Shown: positions 1-10,348 of the stretch, piece by piece
Layout of the letters: each line of letters opens with the position of its first letter
Position numbering within the stretch: position 1 is the first letter of the stretch
Source of the DNA: an uncultured Methanosarcinales archaeon
Lineage (GTDB): Archaea; Nanobdellota; Nanobdellia; Woesearchaeales; JAGVZT01
Length of the DNA: 60,927 bases
NCBI GenBank assembly: GCA_964419615.1
Contig: CAYQPU010000004.1
Location: forward strand, 1 to 60,927
Direction: 5' to 3'
Notes under the pieces: generated by a model
Database searches by the model: none
Seen by the model: only the letters and a program-made list of their open reading frames with translations
Told to the model about the DNA's origin: nothing
Program-made: the position numbers and the translations under genes

Positions 1-1
1 G

Positions 2-517
2 CCACCTTTTGCATCTGAAAAAGCCCTACAAAAAAATTCATATACTCAAAACCAGATAACGAATATCTCTGAGCATTTAATAAATGGTGCAAAGCATCAC
101 TGCATAGATTGGCCAGGTCTTTCTATTGGTGATGAATTATTGGTGCATATATCAGAGGTTCTTGATAGTGGAACAATTATTTTTAATCCTTTGGTAAATT
201 TCAGAAAAGACCAGGATGCATATAACTTAGTCTATCAATTAGACACGAGAGTTGAGACCCCTTGGGGGGCACTAGCTTCAAATACATATGAAAAAGGAGA
301 CATAATTTTTGATTTACCAATTTTGTTTAGTGCAGAGCAACCTCGAAAAGGAATAATGGGAATTGGTTATTTACCTAGAAGCAAATATGAAAAGAATAAA
401 AGAAGAATAAAGGAAGTTTTTGTTATTGATGGTGAGCAGTTCGTTGGGAGTTATGTTCCTAAATGCAAAATTATTTCTGATCAAAAATCATGTATTTATG
501 CAGAAGTTATTCCATAG
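2..517 (+). CDS. Hypothetical protein, 5' truncated by the window edge
   Basis: The frame of the 140..517 ORF is open back to position 2 (PPFASEKALQKNSY...). No recognisable motif. Confidence 0.6.
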   Translation, partial: PPFASEKALQKNSYTQNQITNISEHLINGAKHHCIDWPGLSIGDELLVHISEVLDSGTIIFNPLVNFRKDQDAYNLVYQLDTRVETPWGALASNTYEKGDIIFDLPILFSAEQPRKGIMGIGYLPRSKYEKNKRRIKEVFVIDGEQFVGSYVPKCKIISDQKSCIYAEVIP

Positions 518-558
518 TTGCAAAACATATTTATAGTCTTTTTCTTGAATGTCAACAC

Positions 559-1884
559 ATGGAAATCCACACAATCGGCGGGTACAATGAAGTTGGTAAA
601 AACATGACTGCAATTAAAGTAGGTAATGAAGCAGTGATTATTGACATGGGCCTACACATAGAAAATTACATCCATTGCCAGGGTGAAGATGATATCAGAA
701 ATATCACAGCAAAAGAATTATTGAATGCAGATGCAATTCCAGATGACAGTTGTATTAGAAAATGGAAAGATCAAGTTAAAGTTATTGTACCAAGCCATGC
801 ACACCTTGACCATATTGGAGCAATCCCGTTTTTATCAAATAAATACAAAGCAAAAATTGTTTGTACACCATTTACAGAAGCTGTGCTTAAATCAATTATT
901 CGAGATGAAAAATTCAGACTAAAAAATGGAACACGAGCAGTAAATCCAAACTCAACCTACAAAGTATCTTCAAAACTTAAAATTGAATTCATTAACATGA
1001 CTCATTCAACACCACAGACAGCAATGATTGCATTACACACACCAGAAGGAATCCTTCTTTATGCTAATGACTTTAAATTTGATAGTTTTCCAACATTAGG
1101 TCAAAAACCAAACTACAAAAGACTAAGGGAATTGGGAAAAAAAGGGGTAAAAGTATTGATTGTAGATGGTACCAGAGCAAATGAAGAAGGCAAAACTCCT
1201 TCTGAAAATGTAGCAAAGGAAATGCTCAGAGATGTAATGATTGCCACAGAATCAAAAGGAAAATCAGTGATTGTAACAACATTTTCCTCACATTTAGCAC
1301 GACTAAAAACAATAAAGGAATTTGGTCAGAAAATGGGTAGACAAGTTGTTTTTTTAGGAAGAAGCCTGGCAAAATATGTACAAGCTGGAGAATCAGTTGG
1401 AATTGTTGATTTTTCAGATGTTGAGATCGTAAAATATGGAAGTCAGGTTAAAAAAAGGCTGAAACAGCTGGCAAATGAACCAAGAGATAAATATCTACTA
1501 GTCATGACTGGGCATCAAGGAGAACCAGAAGCAGTACTCCCAAGATTAGCTAGAGGCGAGCTTCCTTTTAAGTTATATGATGGAGACCATGTAGTGTTTT
1601 CATGTAGCGTAATCCCAAGTGCCACTAATGCTGCAAATAGAGAAAAACTAGAAAAAAAACTCAAACAATATGGAGTTAGAATATTCAAAGACATTCACTC
1701 TTCAGGACATGCAGCTAAAGAAGACCTTAGAGACCTCATAAACATAGTCAATCCACAGCACATTATCCCAGCTCATGGGGATTTTCAAAAACTCTCTGCA
1801 TTAACAGATTTGGCTATGGAAATGGGTTATAAACTAGGTTCTACAGTGCATATGATGAGAAATGGCCGGGAAATCAGCTTTTAA
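559..1884 (+). CDS. rnj: Ribonuclease J (MBL-beta-CASP)
   Basis: From ATG 559: MEIHTIGGYNEVGKNMT, SHAHLDHIG, THSTP, DFKFD, HSSGHA and PAHG motifs. Confidence 0.95.
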   Translation: MEIHTIGGYNEVGKNMTAIKVGNEAVIIDMGLHIENYIHCQGEDDIRNITAKELLNADAIPDDSCIRKWKDQVKVIVPSHAHLDHIGAIPFLSNKYKAKIVCTPFTEAVLKSIIRDEKFRLKNGTRAVNPNSTYKVSSKLKIEFINMTHSTPQTAMIALHTPEGILLYANDFKFDSFPTLGQKPNYKRLRELGKKGVKVLIVDGTRANEEGKTPSENVAKEMLRDVMIATESKGKSVIVTTFSSHLARLKTIKEFGQKMGRQVVFLGRSLAKYVQAGESVGIVDFSDVEIVKYGSQVKKRLKQLANEPRDKYLLVMTGHQGEPEAVLPRLARGELPFKLYDGDHVVFSCSVIPSATNAANREKLEKKLKQYGVRIFKDIHSSGHAAKEDLRDLINIVNPQHIIPAHGDFQKLSALTDLAMEMGYKLGSTVHMMRNGREISF

Positions 1885-1973
1885 ATGATTCTTGAGCTTT
1901 TATTATATTACCATTTTTTAACCATAAAAAATATAAACCTGAATATATTATCCAGATTAAGGGGGGAATATAT

Positions 1974-2711
1974 ATGAAATTAACACTTGCAGAACCAAAA
2001 TACCTTAAAGACAGCATTTCGGTTATATCTGACCTAGTCACAGAAGGAAGCTTCCAAGTTACTGAAAATTCTATTGATCTTATAGCTATGGACCCAGCAA
2101 ATGTAGCAATGGTTATGTTTAAACTATTAAGTTCAGCCTTTGTTGAGTATGATGTCAAAGAAAAAACAGAATTAGCAATTAACCTTAATAATTTAAAACA
2201 AGTCTTAAGAAGAATCAAATCAAATGACATGCTCACTTTGGAGCTAGGAGACAATAAACTAAAGGTCACTTTAAAAGGCAACACCACTAGAACTTTTTAT
2301 TTACCAATAATTGAAATCGATGATAAAGATCAAAAAGTACCAGATTTGAAATTTCCAGTATCAATCAGTACAAGTTCTGAAATCTTAAGCGATGCAATTG
2401 AAGATGCAGACATTGTTGGAGAATCAGTGAGTTTTATTGCAGAACCAAAAAAAGTAACTTTCCTTGCTGAAGGAGACTTAAACAAAGCAAAAGTTGTTGT
2501 GCAAGAAGATGACATAACCAAAATTGAAGCAACAGACATGGTCAAAGCCAAATATTCAGTTGAATACCTAAAAAAGATGGTTAATGGAAGTAAGCTTGCA
2601 GACAATGTCACAATCCAATTCAACAAAGATTATCCATTAAAGTTAGATTATAAAGCTGTAGATAAATTGAGTTTAAGTTTTGTGCTTGCACCTAGGGTTG
2701 AGAATGAGTAA
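1974..2711 (+). CDS. pcn: DNA polymerase sliding clamp PCNA
   Basis: 245 aa; AMDPANVAMV, YSVEYLKKM, FNKDYPLKL and C-terminal FVLAPRVE. Confidence 0.97.
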   Translation: MKLTLAEPKYLKDSISVISDLVTEGSFQVTENSIDLIAMDPANVAMVMFKLLSSAFVEYDVKEKTELAINLNNLKQVLRRIKSNDMLTLELGDNKLKVTLKGNTTRTFYLPIIEIDDKDQKVPDLKFPVSISTSSEILSDAIEDADIVGESVSFIAEPKKVTFLAEGDLNKAKVVVQEDDITKIEATDMVKAKYSVEYLKKMVNGSKLADNVTIQFNKDYPLKLDYKAVDKLSLSFVLAPRVENE

Positions 2712-2722
2712 CTAATACTCAA

Positions 2723-3418
2723 ATGATACTACTGATTTTTCTTTTTATTTTAATCTTTTTTATTATTTTGCTTGTATTTCTTCCACTATTTCCTTTTAAA
2801 GGGCCCTTTGATGATCCAAATTCATTATGGAAACTAAATTCAGGTTCAATATACCTAACATTTGATGATGGTCCCAACAGTAAAATAACATCTTTTGTTC
2901 TAGACCAATTAAAGAGAAATAATCAAAAAGCAACGTTCTTTTTAATACCAGAGTTCATTAGAAAAAGTAATCATTATATTGTTAAAAGAATTGTTGATGA
3001 AGGTCATACAATTGGTCTTCATGGAAATTCAAGGTTGTTAGCTTTCCAATCAAGGAGATATGTGAACGATTACATATTGAAATTTAACAAGAAAGTTTCA
3101 TTGATTCTAAAAAAGGAATTTGGTGTGAAATACTTTCGTCCACCTTCTTTATGGAGGAACATCTGGGTGTATGATATCTTGAGGAAGCATGATGTTAAAT
3201 TAGTTGGAGTTAGTAAATTCTGTTGGATAGATGCTTGGGTTAAGAATTCAGACAAGATGGTTGAAAGATTTGAGAAGAACCTTGTAATGGGCAATATTTA
3301 TGTGATGCATGATGGGAAGGCAGAAGTGTTCGAACCTGATTTAGAAGAGATCACAATAATACTACCTGAACTTTTTGAGAAACTTAAAACAAACAATATA
3401 ATCTCAAAACCACTATAG
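2723..3418 (+). CDS. Membrane-anchored polysaccharide deacetylase (NodB/CE4 family)
   Basis: N-terminal hydrophobic helix, LTFDDGP, ATFF, IGLH, FRPP and VMHD. Confidence 0.85.
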   Translation: MILLIFLFILIFFIILLVFLPLFPFKGPFDDPNSLWKLNSGSIYLTFDDGPNSKITSFVLDQLKRNNQKATFFLIPEFIRKSNHYIVKRIVDEGHTIGLHGNSRLLAFQSRRYVNDYILKFNKKVSLILKKEFGVKYFRPPSLWRNIWVYDILRKHDVKLVGVSKFCWIDAWVKNSDKMVERFEKNLVMGNIYVMHDGKAEVFEPDLEEITIILPELFEKLKTNNIISKPL

Positions 3419-3460
3419 TTTTAGGCAAAAATAATAAACTTAATCTATTTACTATGTTAA

Positions 3461-4027
3461 ATGGATATCTATGCATACTTTTGCTTTTGGTATGAAACAA
3501 TATTTAGAAGATGGAATCGTGAAGTAACTTGTGTAGAATCTGTTTTTGAAATTGACTATAAAAAAATTAATAATAAAAAAATTGAATTGATCATATTTGA
3601 TGTTGATGATACACTTACAGGACATCATAATAAAATTGGAAGTAAAAGCTTAAGATTACTATCAAATCTTGAGAAGAAATTCAAAATTGCAATTCTTTCA
3701 AACTGTACAACAAATAGAAGAAATGAAATCCACAAAATGCTAAGTAGCATTCAATTTTATATACCAAACAAAGCTGGAAAACCAGGTGTTAATGGATATA
3801 AAAAAATCTTTGATCAATACCAAATAAAACCTCATCAAGCAGTTATGATCGGTGATAAATTCAGTATGGATATGTGGAGTGCTCACAAAGCAGGAATCAA
3901 ACATAAAATCCTAGTTGAGCCTTTCTCCGAAACAATAGGTGGTGATAAATCAACTTCTATTGAGAGACTCATTAGAAAATTTGAAAACAAGCTTAAGATC
4001 TGTGATACCATTATGATTTTTACATAG
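3461..4027 (+). CDS. YqeG-like HAD IIIA phosphatase
   Basis: IFDVDDTL (DxDxT), ILSN, AGKPG, MIGDKFSMDM. Confidence 0.85.
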   Translation: MDIYAYFCFWYETIFRRWNREVTCVESVFEIDYKKINNKKIELIIFDVDDTLTGHHNKIGSKSLRLLSNLEKKFKIAILSNCTTNRRNEIHKMLSSIQFYIPNKAGKPGVNGYKKIFDQYQIKPHQAVMIGDKFSMDMWSAHKAGIKHKILVEPFSETIGGDKSTSIERLIRKFENKLKICDTIMIFT

Positions 4028-4028
4028 A

Positions 4029-5066
4029 TTAATCAACAATCTCTGTCCTCAGTTTTGGCAGCATACAAAAATCAGTTCGAAAATTATAAGCACCCGCATT
4101 TAGAAACGTGATTGTATCACCTACTTTTGGATTTTTCAAATAAACTTTATACCTAAATATATCAATTGAATCAGGTGTACAGCCCTTAATTGTGTAAGCT
4201 TTCCCTTCATCAGCATTAACCTCTCCTTCAACAAGCAGTTTAATATTGGCAATAAAAGTATCCATAGCAGAATTATAGACAGAAGCATTAATCACAATAT
4301 TGTTATTGTATATGTTCATTATTTTAGCAACAAGTTTTACAGCAGGCGCGGCAATAAATCTTCCAGGTTCAACAATCATTTTGATATTCTGACTGTTTAG
4401 CCAATCTTTAAGTTCATCAACCTTAGTTAGAATACCATTAATAATCTCAGGTCTGTAATTCTTATAAGTACTTGGTAATCCGCCTCCGATGTTTACATAT
4501 TCAATCTTTTCAAAAACCCCTTTACTCAGGCTCTGCTCAAGTTCTTGCTTTAGTGACCACTCACTAATATTCTGTGTTTTTCTATGAAAATGAACTCCTA
4601 TCTCCTTGATTTTAGCATTTTCAGCTAGTCCAGGTATAAGTTCATTAATCTGCTTTGAATAAAAACCATAAACATAGTGTTTACCTGTTTGAACAGTGTG
4701 CTCTTGTAACCTCATTCTAAGTAAAAGCCTTATCTTCACATCTTTTTCATCAAGATACTTAATCAAAACATTAAGATCACTTGTATTATCAACAACAAAA
4801 GATCTGATTCCCATTTTAAATAATCTATCTAATTCCTCGTTGTTCCATGCTTGAGCAAAAAACCACATTCTTGATTTATCTTTGATTTTCTTGGCAGCTT
4901 GAATTGAATGAATATTAAATTCACAATGAGATTCTTCCTGTAATATATCCCCAACTTCATTGTTAGTTTTATAACTATATGAAACTATATCTGAGTGCTG
5001 CTCTGCAATACTCATTTGCTCCAAAACTTTGCTTTTACTTAAAACAAACTTAGCATGGTTAATCAT
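4029..5066 (-). CDS. PLP-dependent decarboxylase, fold type III (ornithine/diaminopimelate/arginine family)
   Basis: SYSYKTN (PLP Lys), GVHFH, NIGGG, IVEPGR, GCTPDSID, NAGAY. Confidence 0.9.
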   Translation of the reverse strand: MINHAKFVLSKSKVLEQMSIAEQHSDIVSYSYKTNNEVGDILQEESHCEFNIHSIQAAKKIKDKSRMWFFAQAWNNEELDRLFKMGIRSFVVDNTSDLNVLIKYLDEKDVKIRLLLRMRLQEHTVQTGKHYVYGFYSKQINELIPGLAENAKIKEIGVHFHRKTQNISEWSLKQELEQSLSKGVFEKIEYVNIGGGLPSTYKNYRPEIINGILTKVDELKDWLNSQNIKMIVEPGRFIAAPAVKLVAKIMNIYNNNIVINASVYNSAMDTFIANIKLLVEGEVNADEGKAYTIKGCTPDSIDIFRYKVYLKNPKVGDTITFLNAGAYNFRTDFCMLPKLRTEIVD

Positions 5067-6010
5067 AACAATCCCTCTGAATCTAATTTTTCCAAAGCAC
5101 TAATCATCATTAAAGGAAAATTAATGGTAACATCTCCAATAACAGTCACAACATCTGAATCATCTTTAACCTTACCCCAGCTCTTAGCTTCTTTAGTTGT
5201 TGCTCCACTCATACTACCTGAAGTCTGCAATGAAGTTGTCATATAAACAGCATACTCAAAGCCACCAGTCAATAGTCCTGCCAAGATTGCATGATGTTTT
5301 GAAACTCCTCCCCCAAGAGCAATTAAACCTTTTTTATCATCATGAGTAGAAGCATTAATAATATTCTTAAAATCCTGCACAACATCAACAATAAAATCAG
5401 GATGCTTTTGCTGAAACATATAAAGATGAAAACCAAAAGCTCCATCTGTTATTGCTGGACAAAAGATTTGAACTTTGTTCTTAGCAGCTTGGTATAAAAT
5501 GCTATCTTCATCTTCCAAATGTTTCCCAATCTCAGCTAGCAATTCTGACACAGGCCATCTTTTCTGCTTTTCATACAACTTGCTCAGAATCGGAGCCATC
5601 TTATCTTCGAACTTACAATAGCTCTCATTAGTAATATACAAATTACCCACACGATTGCATCCTTTTTCATAAAGCTCAACATCATCAGCATTAAAATCTC
5701 CAACAATAAATTCTTCCCCCATTGACTTCATAATATCTTCTTCAATGCCTCCAACAGTAGTCACAATCAGATCAGGAATATTAAGTTTAATCAGCTGTGC
5801 AAAAAACCCTCTTAAGCCAGATGTCACCATATTAGAAGTAAAAGTTAGAAAAACCTTTGCCCCATTTTTTTTCATCTTAACAACTGTGTTTACTGATTTG
5901 CCTAATTCAACACCCTGAAAACCAACAGAACCTAAACTATGTGCCAGCTCTCCAGCTTTAATTCCTTTTTTCCATTTTAAATCTTTAACAATTTTCATGG
6001 TATCCTCCAC
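5063..6010 (-). CDS. dys: Deoxyhypusine synthase
   Basis: FTSNMVTSGLR, GGIEED, NRVGN, CPAITDG, GGGVSKHH, SGATTKEAKSWGK (catalytic Lys present). Confidence 0.93.
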   Translation of the reverse strand: MEDTMKIVKDLKWKKGIKAGELAHSLGSVGFQGVELGKSVNTVVKMKKNGAKVFLTFTSNMVTSGLRGFFAQLIKLNIPDLIVTTVGGIEEDIMKSMGEEFIVGDFNADDVELYEKGCNRVGNLYITNESYCKFEDKMAPILSKLYEKQKRWPVSELLAEIGKHLEDEDSILYQAAKNKVQIFCPAITDGAFGFHLYMFQQKHPDFIVDVVQDFKNIINASTHDDKKGLIALGGGVSKHHAILAGLLTGGFEYAVYMTTSLQTSGSMSGATTKEAKSWGKVKDDSDVVTVIGDVTINFPLMMISALEKLDSEGLL

Positions 6011-6116
6011 AAGTAATATTTAAACTATTTAAAACTATAAGAAATCTATGCACCAGACTTTCTAACAGTGCTCATGATATGTGGTAATATCTATTAATTA
6101 AAAAAGCTTTTGGAAA

Positions 6117-6962
6117 TTATTCATATATACCTGTGTGAATTTTCCACTGTTTCTGCAATAACAAAGCATCTTCTTCAATATTTGGACTTTCACATATAAC
6201 AACACCCTTTATATTGAAATCTTTCCAAGCTTTAAGCATCTCCTTATACTTGAGATCAGAATCATCTAAAATAAGATGATTCCTTTCTCCTTTGTCCCCG
6301 TAATTGATTCCAGAGACATGAATGTGCATATTATCTAATGCCTCTCTTCCCAGGTCATTTTCAATCTTTTCAAGGATCCTAACAAATCCGTCATAAGAAT
6401 TATACTTTCCAATATGCCTTGCATGATAATGAGCAAAATCAATACAAGGTAAAACTTGATCAAATTCTTGGCTTAACTTAATCAATTCATCAACATTTCC
6501 CCACTGAGTTGCCTTACCTGTTAATTCAGGTCTTATCATAACCTTATTGCCTTCTTCTTTCAAAACATCCAACACTTTCTTAATCTGATCCTTGACAATA
6601 TTATAAACTTTCAAAGGATCTTTTTTCATATAATATGCAGCATGAAATGTGATTGATTTAGCACCTGCCCAGTTAGCAGCTCTTGCAGTTTTTAATATTC
6701 TTGATCTGCTTGCACCTCTTTTCTGAGGCTCATCTGAGTTTAAATTAATATAATAAGGACCATGTGCTGTTAAGGAAATATCAAGCTCTTGTGCGGTTTC
6801 TTTGACTTGCTCAGCTTTCCCTTGGCTCATATTAACACCACGCACAAACTCAAGCTCCATGCACTCTAAACCAAGCTCAGCAACCTTTTTAACACCAAAA
6901 ACAGAATCTCTTTTTTCTAAACAAATTGGAATACCTGCTGTACCAAAACGCAATCTATCCAT
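6117..6962 (-). CDS. nfo: Endonuclease IV (archaeal-type AP endonuclease)
   Basis: RFGTAGIP, ELEFVRG, TAHGPYYINL, TFHAAYY, RPELTGK, CIDFAH, HIHVSGI, ICESP. Confidence 0.93.
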   Translation of the reverse strand: MDRLRFGTAGIPICLEKRDSVFGVKKVAELGLECMELEFVRGVNMSQGKAEQVKETAQELDISLTAHGPYYINLNSDEPQKRGASRSRILKTARAANWAGAKSITFHAAYYMKKDPLKVYNIVKDQIKKVLDVLKEEGNKVMIRPELTGKATQWGNVDELIKLSQEFDQVLPCIDFAHYHARHIGKYNSYDGFVRILEKIENDLGREALDNMHIHVSGINYGDKGERNHLILDDSDLKYKEMLKAWKDFNIKGVVICESPNIEEDALLLQKQWKIHTGIYE

Positions 6963-6964
6963 TT

Positions 6965-7891
6965 TTAACTAATATCTGTGTCAACCTCTGTTTGTTTAAC
7001 ATAAGAATACGCAGAAAGACCAGCTTTTGCACCTTCTCCAGCAGCAATAATAGTCTGTTTATATTGTGTTGTTGTTACATCACCAGCAGCAAAAACACCT
7101 GGATGAGAAGTCTTCCCAGAACTATCAACAACAACTTCCATTCTTTCATTTAAATCAACAAGATGCTTGACTAATTCAGCTTTAACTTCATAACCAATTT
7201 CTAAGAATACTCCATCAATTTTTAATTCTCTGGACTCCCCTGACTTACGATCTTTAACAACAATAGAATTTACAAAATCATTTCCTTTGATCTCTTTTGG
7301 TAAATGGCTAAGCAATAGTTCAACATTATTCATCTTTTTTATTTGTTTAACTAAAACTTCATCTCCTCTGAACTCATCCCTTCGATGCATAAGATAAACC
7401 TTTGCAGCAATACCAGATAATAACTGGACAGCATGTAAAGCAGAATTTCCTCCGCCAACAACCATCACATCTTTTCCCTGATACATTGGAGCATCACAAG
7501 TAGCGCAAACATGCACTCCTTTTCCCATAAAAACATCTTCTCCAGGAATTCCAACACTTCTTGGTACTTTTCCAAAGGCTAAAATAATTGATTTACCCTC
7601 AAAAACATCCCCTTCAGATAGCTTAATCTTGAAAACACCATTATCATCATCTACACTAACAGCTTTTCCATCCTTTAATTCAGCACCAAAGGATTCAGCT
7701 TGTTTTTGAAAATGCTCCATCAATTCTAAACCAGAACCTTCAAAACCAGGATAATTCTCCATGTGAGAGGCTAACATTGTCTGGCCACCATAGTTCATAC
7801 TGATAACTAAAGTTTTTAGTTGCTTTCTACAAGTATAAATTGCAGCTGTTAAACCAGCAGGGCCTCCACCAACAATAATTACATCATACAT
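6965..7891 (-). CDS. trxB: Thioredoxin-disulfide reductase
   Basis: GGGPAG FAD motif, CATCD redox pair, GGGNSA NADPH motif, FAAGD. Confidence 0.95.
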   Translation of the reverse strand: MYDVIIVGGGPAGLTAAIYTCRKQLKTLVISMNYGGQTMLASHMENYPGFEGSGLELMEHFQKQAESFGAELKDGKAVSVDDDNGVFKIKLSEGDVFEGKSIILAFGKVPRSVGIPGEDVFMGKGVHVCATCDAPMYQGKDVMVVGGGNSALHAVQLLSGIAAKVYLMHRRDEFRGDEVLVKQIKKMNNVELLLSHLPKEIKGNDFVNSIVVKDRKSGESRELKIDGVFLEIGYEVKAELVKHLVDLNERMEVVVDSSGKTSHPGVFAAGDVTTTQYKQTIIAAGEGAKAGLSAYSYVKQTEVDTDIS

Positions 7892-7947
7892 AGAAAATGT
7901 AAAACTTTGTTTGTTATAAATATGTTTCTTTTAAAGGCTTAAACAAA

Positions 7948-8667
7948 CTATTTAATATGTGCTCCAAGTTGTCTTAATTTTTCAATTGAAAAAATATTTG
8001 GATTTTCTCTTAATCTATTTAGCTGGAAAATAAACTTATCTGGAATCTCACGATCAATTTTCTCAGTAGCAAATTGAATTCTTATCTCATCATATTTCTT
8101 TTCAAATTCGACACCTTTATACTTCATCATGAGCATAGTTAATTTTCTTGCTATGCTAGAATAACCATCTTGTTTTGAAACATCCATTTCATAAATAAGA
8201 TCAAACTTTTTTAGCAATCTTTCAGTTATTTTTGATTCTTCTTCTAAAATTAAAGCAATTTCTTTACAATATTTTTTGTAAAATTCTAAAGTTTTCTCAT
8301 CTAATTCAACATTGTGAACACACTCATAACTCTCATCAACATATTTTGGAATCTTTTCTTTAGGAATATCCGCAAAAACCCAATAAGGAAACAATCTGCA
8401 ATTAAGAGGCCTTGCCTCATAAATATCACACTGTTTATTATTTCTAAACTTGCAGGGTATCTGAAGACCTAAATTAATCTCAAACAAATTTTCTTTGACA
8501 CCAAAAGGCCGTAATCCAACAAAACCTTCAGAAAACAGCTTTTCAACAGGCCAATTAAGAAAATCAGCCATTCTGATAATATCACCTGCAGTCAAGCTGA
8601 TTTGAGTATATACTTTTTCACAACACTTCCCGCTGTGTAGGCATTTGAATTTGATAGTCATAATCAA
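7948..8667 (-). CDS. YkgJ/UPF0153 cysteine-cluster protein
   Basis: CLHSGKCC, CKF..CDIYEARPLNCRLFP. Confidence 0.85.
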   Translation of the reverse strand: MIMTIKFKCLHSGKCCEKVYTQISLTAGDIIRMADFLNWPVEKLFSEGFVGLRPFGVKENLFEINLGLQIPCKFRNNKQCDIYEARPLNCRLFPYWVFADIPKEKIPKYVDESYECVHNVELDEKTLEFYKKYCKEIALILEEESKITERLLKKFDLIYEMDVSKQDGYSSIARKLTMLMMKYKGVEFEKKYDEIRIQFATEKIDREIPDKFIFQLNRLRENPNIFSIEKLRQLGAHIK

Positions 8668-8783
8668 AAATTACGATCTTAACTATATAAATTTTAATAA
8701 ATAACATCAAAATTGCTTAGATTAAACTAAGTTTCATTTTCATTAAACATAACCTCATCTAATCTGAAATTAAGCTATAATTT

Positions 8784-9506
8784 ATGGCATTCAAACCAAT
8801 AAAACGAAAGTATAAAGGAATATCACTAAGTGATTATAAATGGGCACTTGATCGAAAGTTAGATAGAGAAGCTTGTTTAGATGAACTGTTAGGACAAATG
8901 GAGCATTTGGAGCAAACAGGTAATTTCTCCGAAATTGGAAAACTTATAAAAAAAAATGGTTTAAAAGCAGCTTTACACCAAGGAGAAAACTATCCAGGAT
9001 ATTATTATTCAGGAAGATGTCAACACTGCAATAAAAAAGTTGAATGGGTCAGCATTGAATACTTTATCTCTATTGATGGTGATGTTATAACAAGGAATTT
9101 TCGCAATTTTAAGGAATTAAACTATTTTGGATACTTATTAAGGGCCAAAGTTAACCCACATGATTTAAGGGAACAACTGGCTCAAAGGGTTCTTAAACTA
9201 TCAAAAGAAGAACTGGAAACTAGTTTTGAGAGATTTTCAAGTCTAATAGAAAATGATTATGTATCTGATGACACAGATCCGTCTGTTGTTGCATTGTGTA
9301 ATAAACACAATATTCATGAAAATTTGATTAAAGAACTCACAAGGTTAATAGAAAGATTCTGTGGTTTTTATGCTGATTACTTTAAACCAGATGATATTGA
9401 GTATTGGATATCAAACAGATCTAAAAGCATCATCCCTTTAAATAGAAGATTTTTTGCAGATCAAACTGTTGTTTACAATAGATATGCTGAACTCAACTCT
9501 GTTTAA
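8784..9506 (+). CDS. Hypothetical protein with a CxxC motif
   Basis: 240-aa ORF; GRCQHC; no family recognised. Confidence 0.6.
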   Translation: MAFKPIKRKYKGISLSDYKWALDRKLDREACLDELLGQMEHLEQTGNFSEIGKLIKKNGLKAALHQGENYPGYYYSGRCQHCNKKVEWVSIEYFISIDGDVITRNFRNFKELNYFGYLLRAKVNPHDLREQLAQRVLKLSKEELETSFERFSSLIENDYVSDDTDPSVVALCNKHNIHENLIKELTRLIERFCGFYADYFKPDDIEYWISNRSKSIIPLNRRFFADQTVVYNRYAELNSV

Positions 9507-9544
9507 GCATAAACTTATTATAGAAAAATTGATACACAAACTTT

Positions 9545-10348
9545 ATGCAAAAAATCCATGTACCTCTGTTTGACCTGCAAAAAACCTTAGAATGCGGTCA
9601 ATTCTTTAGATACAAAAGGACGAGGGATTGGTATTATATTAACAGTAGAGATCTACTATTTAAAGTACAACAACAAGGAGATAAACTTATTTTTTATGGA
9701 GTAAATAAAAAATTCATCAAACAATTCTTTAGATTGGGAGATCCATATGAGAAAATCATCAAAGAAATTTCTGTTGATGAACATATAAAAAAAGCAATCA
9801 AAAACAACATAGGTTTAAGATTAATCAGACAAGATCCATGGGAATGCCTGATAAGTTACATCTGCTCTCAAAATTCTAATATCCCCAGAATCCAAAACAA
9901 ATTAAATTTTCTGGCAAAAACATTTGGTCAGCAAATAAGATTAGACAATTTTGAGACATACACATTCCCAGCGCCCGGACAATTAAACAACTTAAATAAA
10001 ATAAAAAGCTGTAAAGTTGGTTACAGAGCAAAATACATCTTTGAGGCAAATAAAATTGATCCAAAACCGCTAGCAACCTTGAGAATCAAACATTACAATG
10101 AAGCAAAGGAGTTCTTACTTAATATTCATGGAGTTGGTGAAAAAGTAGCAGATTGTGTCTGTATGTTTAGTCTTGATAAACTAGAAGCATTCCCAGTTGA
10201 TGTATGGATAAAAAGAGTAATGCAGGAAAACTATTTTAATAATCAAGATATATCAAACAAAAAATTAAGAGAATTTGCAGAACAAAGGTTTGGCAAATAT
10301 GCCAGCTATGCAAATCAATTCCTATATCACAGCAGAAGATCAAAATGA
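9545..10348 (+). CDS. 8-oxoguanine DNA glycosylase (OGG1-like HhH-GPD)
   Basis: TLECGQFFR, QDPWECLISYICSQN, HGVGEKVADC (HhH with Lys), FPVDVW. Confidence 0.93.
   Translation: MQKIHVPLFDLQKTLECGQFFRYKRTRDWYYINSRDLLFKVQQQGDKLIFYGVNKKFIKQFFRLGDPYEKIIKEISVDEHIKKAIKNNIGLRLIRQDPWECLISYICSQNSNIPRIQNKLNFLAKTFGQQIRLDNFETYTFPAPGQLNNLNKIKSCKVGYRAKYIFEANKIDPKPLATLRIKHYNEAKEFLLNIHGVGEKVADCVCMFSLDKLEAFPVDVWIKRVMQENYFNNQDISNKKLREFAEQRFGKYASYANQFLYHSRRSK

Noticed and set aside
490-558. Longer upstream starts given by the ORF track for rnj, dCMP deaminase, cobO, dph2, nadM, the E2 gene and nrtR
   Set aside because: Family alignment by eye, SD/TATA position and overlap logic favour the downstream ATGs used above.
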